Source: Thermoanaerobaculia bacterium
GTDB taxonomy: Bacteria > Acidobacteriota > Thermoanaerobaculia > Multivoradales > Multivoraceae
Length of the DNA: 64,000 nucleotides
Direction of reading: 5' to 3'
Assembly: GCA_963666565.1 (NCBI GenBank)
Contig: OY762911.1
Span: forward strand, 3,264,001-3,328,000
Every line of letters starts with the position of its first letter. Within the stretch, counting starts at the first letter, position 1. Both the position numbers and the translations under genes were made by a program. Positions 61,390 through 64,000 of this stretch are shown one piece after another. The notes beneath the pieces were generated by a model. The model saw nothing but the letters and a program-made list of their open reading frames with translations, was not told where the DNA came from and ran no database searches.

Positions 61390-63621
61390 TTGACTCTGGG
61401 CAGACGCACCGCTGGCCTCCTGATCGTTGCTGCGACGATCGCCGGCGCGACGGCGCTCGACATCTCCGTCGGCTACGATCTCGCCTCTTTCCTGCCGGAA
61501 CCCACCGATCCGGCCCAGCGGCTGCTGGTGGAACGCCTGGGCCGGGTCTCCGGCGCCGACGCGGTCTACGTAGTTCTGCCGGAGGCGTCGGAGACGGCGG
61601 CCGACGGCGTTGCGGCCGATCTGCGGGCCCTGCCGCTGGCACGCCGTGTCCTTCCAGAGGCAGAAGTGCTCGAACCGGATCTCATTCCGCTCCCGATCTG
61701 GCGCAAACGCCTGCTGCTCCAAGACCTTCCCGCTGGCGAGGACGCCTGGCGCGCGGTTCTGGAGGCCCGGCTGGCCGACTCGACGCTGGCCGAGTCGGAT
61801 TCGGCGCTGGAGCTGATTGCCGCCGATCCGTTGCTGGCGAGCGTTTCGGCTCTCGAACGGATGGCCCCTGCCCGGCAGACGTTCGGAAACGGCGACAGGC
61901 GGTATCTCCTGGTACTCCCGGCGGCCGCCATGTTCGACATCGGCACGCACGCCGAACTGCTCGGGGACGTGAGGCGGACCCTGGCCGGACGCGGATTCGA
62001 CGACGCCCGGCTCTACGGCAGCGGCGTCTACAGCGTCGATCTGCAGGCCAGGACGCGGCGGGAGGCGAAGCTGTTCAGTTCGCTCGCCGCGGTCGCGTTG
62101 GCGCTTCTTCTGTTGTGGCACTTCCGGGCGCCCGCCACAGTCGTCGCCGCCGGCGCGCCCATGCTCGCGGGCGCGGCCGCGGGGCTCGGCGTGTCCTCGC
62201 TCCTCTACGAACAGGTTCACTCGATCGCGCTCGCCTTCGGCTTCACTCTTCTAGGCGTCGCAGTCGACTACCCCCTGCACGCTCTCAGCCACCGGTCGAA
62301 CCCGGGCGCCGTCTGGCCTACTCTTCGCCTTGGGGTGGGCAGTACGCTGATCGCCTATTCCGTCTTCCTCGTGGGCGGCGCCCCAGGTCTTCAGCAGCTC
62401 GGCGCGTTCGCTCTCTCGGGCCTCGCGGCCGCCGCCCTGGCAACAGCCTGGTTGACGGCGAGATCCGGCAGCGCGGCGTCTCCGACGATAGCGATCGGCT
62501 CGGCGCCCGCCAGAGACACGGCGCTGCGCCCCTGGCCCTGGGTCGTCGTCGTCGCGGCCGCCGCGATCCCGCTGGCCACGCACGGCCCGTTCCTGGACGA
62601 CCTCGACGCGCTGACGCCCGTGCCCAAGGAAACGCTGGCCGCCGACGCCGAACTTCGGCGCCAACTGGGGGCGCACGACATGCGCCATGTCGCGGCGAGC
62701 CGCGCTCCGGACCTCGAGGACGCACTTCTGCTCACGGAAGCCGTGTCGGCACGTCTCGACGACGCCGTGCTGGCTGGTGAACTGGAGGCCCACCGGAGCA
62801 TTTCGCCGTTGCTCCCCAGCCGATCGCGCCAGAGCCAGCGAATGGACCAAGTCCGCCGGTTCCTTGCCGATGGCGGAGTGTACTCAAGCGCCTTCGTACA
62901 CGCCGCGGACGAGCTGTCCTTCGCAGAAGACGCCTTCCGGCCCTTCCATGAGGATGCCGTCGGCTTTGGACGAACCGCGGATTGGCTCTCGATCGACGAT
63001 CTGCAGGACCACCCGGAACTCGCCTCGCTGACCGGACTGCACGTCCTGGAAACGACCGACGGCTGGATCAGCCTCACGTTCCTGAGCGGCATCGCAGACG
63101 CCGACGCGGTGGCCGACAGGCTCGACGGCCTGGACGGAGTTCAAGTCGTCGACCTCGTCGAGGCCTCACGCACACTGGTGGTGGACCTTCGGAACCGAAT
63201 CGCCGTCCTCCTCGCAGCCGCGCTCTTCGCCGCCGGCTGCGCGCTCTGGCTGCTGACCCGGGACTTGCGCCGTTCGGTCTGGCTGCTCGGGAACGTCGCC
63301 GCCGCACTGTCGGCCGCGGCATGTCTCGGGATGTGGCTGCGCGGCGGCCTCTCGCCCTTCGACCTGATGGCGCTGGCACTGGTAGCTGGGTTGGGGCTGG
63401 ACTACGGCCTGTTTCACAGCCGAACGCCGGCCGACCCGACAGACGCCCGCGAAACGGGCGCCGCCGTACTGATCTGCGCGCTCTCGAGCTTCGTCGTCTT
63501 CGGGCTCCTGGCTTTCTCCAGGATTCCTGTACTCGCGGGGATCGGCCAGACAGTCGCGACCGGAGTGACTGCGGCGTACCTGCTGACTCGTTTCGGCCGC
63601 TATCCGAAGCCCGGAACCTGA
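61390..63621 (+). CDS. MMPL/RND-like exporter (xanthomonadin exporter type)
   Basis: DLASFLP, FGFTLLGVAVDYPLH, GLGLDYGLF, FGLLAFS.IP.L; two TM bundles. Confidence 0.85.
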   Translation: MTLGRRTAGLLIVAATIAGATALDISVGYDLASFLPEPTDPAQRLLVERLGRVSGADAVYVVLPEASETAADGVAADLRALPLARRVLPEAEVLEPDLIPLPIWRKRLLLQDLPAGEDAWRAVLEARLADSTLAESDSALELIAADPLLASVSALERMAPARQTFGNGDRRYLLVLPAAAMFDIGTHAELLGDVRRTLAGRGFDDARLYGSGVYSVDLQARTRREAKLFSSLAAVALALLLLWHFRAPATVVAAGAPMLAGAAAGLGVSSLLYEQVHSIALAFGFTLLGVAVDYPLHALSHRSNPGAVWPTLRLGVGSTLIAYSVFLVGGAPGLQQLGAFALSGLAAAALATAWLTARSGSAASPTIAIGSAPARDTALRPWPWVVVVAAAAIPLATHGPFLDDLDALTPVPKETLAADAELRRQLGAHDMRHVAASRAPDLEDALLLTEAVSARLDDAVLAGELEAHRSISPLLPSRSRQSQRMDQVRRFLADGGVYSSAFVHAADELSFAEDAFRPFHEDAVGFGRTADWLSIDDLQDHPELASLTGLHVLETTDGWISLTFLSGIADADAVADRLDGLDGVQVVDLVEASRTLVVDLRNRIAVLLAAALFAAGCALWLLTRDLRRSVWLLGNVAAALSAAACLGMWLRGGLSPFDLMALALVAGLGLDYGLFHSRTPADPTDARETGAAVLICALSSFVVFGLLAFSRIPVLAGIGQTVATGVTAAYLLTRFGRYPKPGT

Positions 63622-64000
63622 CCGAGCGAGCGTCGCACGAGACGGTCTCCATCGTCCGCCAAGATGCAACGGATACCGGTCGCCGCCGCTTGCAGCCGTT
63701 CGAGGTTGACCGTCAAGCGCGCCTCGTCCCCGCACGGATCGCCCTCCAGCAGGTCGGTCTGCAGCTCGTGGAACAGAGGCACGGCGTGGTGGTCGAAGAA
63801 ACCGCCCTCGCCGCCGACCCGGCCGGCGTTCGCCGCACGGCGGCGAAACAGCTTCTGAACGCCCGAGTGCAGGGCCGCGGCCTGCAGAAACAGGCTCTCG
63901 TTGCGCTGCATGAACTCCAGATCGGTCAACCTGCCCGAGAAGAACAGCTTGGCCGGAATCGACCAGTAGAACGCGTAGTCCCAAAGCGTCTTCGCCACGA
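63600..64000 (-). CDS. C-terminus of a probable FAD-dependent halogenase/oxidoreductase (xanthomonadin type), truncated by the window edge
   Basis: KTLWDYAFYW....LFF.GRLTD and LFHEL...L resemble C-termini of xanthomonadin-cluster halogenases; catalytic N-terminus not visible. Confidence 0.55.
   Translation of the reverse strand, partial: VAKTLWDYAFYWSIPAKLFFSGRLTDLEFMQRNESLFLQAAALHSGVQKLFRRRAANAGRVGGEGGFFDHHAVPLFHELQTDLLEGDPCGDEARLTVNLERLQAAATGIRCILADDGDRLVRRSLGQVPGFG

Overview
A 64-kb window from a very GC-rich bacterium. Gene order and content suggest Acidobacteriota, possibly marine or host-associated; this is inference. 1-31.7 kb is mostly housekeeping: LD-carboxypeptidase, rnpB, uvrC/uvrB, PBP1A, rplI-rpsR-rpsF, hppA, pth-rplY-prs-tRNA-Gln-ispE, HU, dtd, ssb, mutS, tsaB, psd-pssA-trxB and a TRAP substrate-binding protein. 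31.7-40.6 kb is an accessory island and holds the best candidate for an undescribed system. It is a translationally coupled five-gene operon: C5-DNA methyltransferase, GHKL/MORC-like ATPase, unknown protein, DUF6339-like protein and Vsr, with no recognisable restriction nuclease. Two IS elements have hit it: an ISL3 with an 8-bp TSD lies in front of the methylase, and an IS3-family element splits the fourth gene. 40.8-45.9 kb is a folate-linked demethylation cluster (MetF, DmdA-like GcvT protein, dimethylglycine oxidase/dehydrogenase-like). 54-64 kb is a hybrid aryl-polyene/xanthomonadin-type type II PKS/FAS cluster with a probable halogenase cut off at the window edge. Smaller signals: a GGAA-loop palindromic repeat family inserted in-frame into ispE and a TPR gene, a 105-bp CTAG-bounded tandem repeat, a 182-nt rod-like hairpin, an RNase P RNA lacking P18, two probable CTG starts, and many TANNNT -10 boxes directly in front of start codons. 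Family assignments come from recognised motifs, not database searches.
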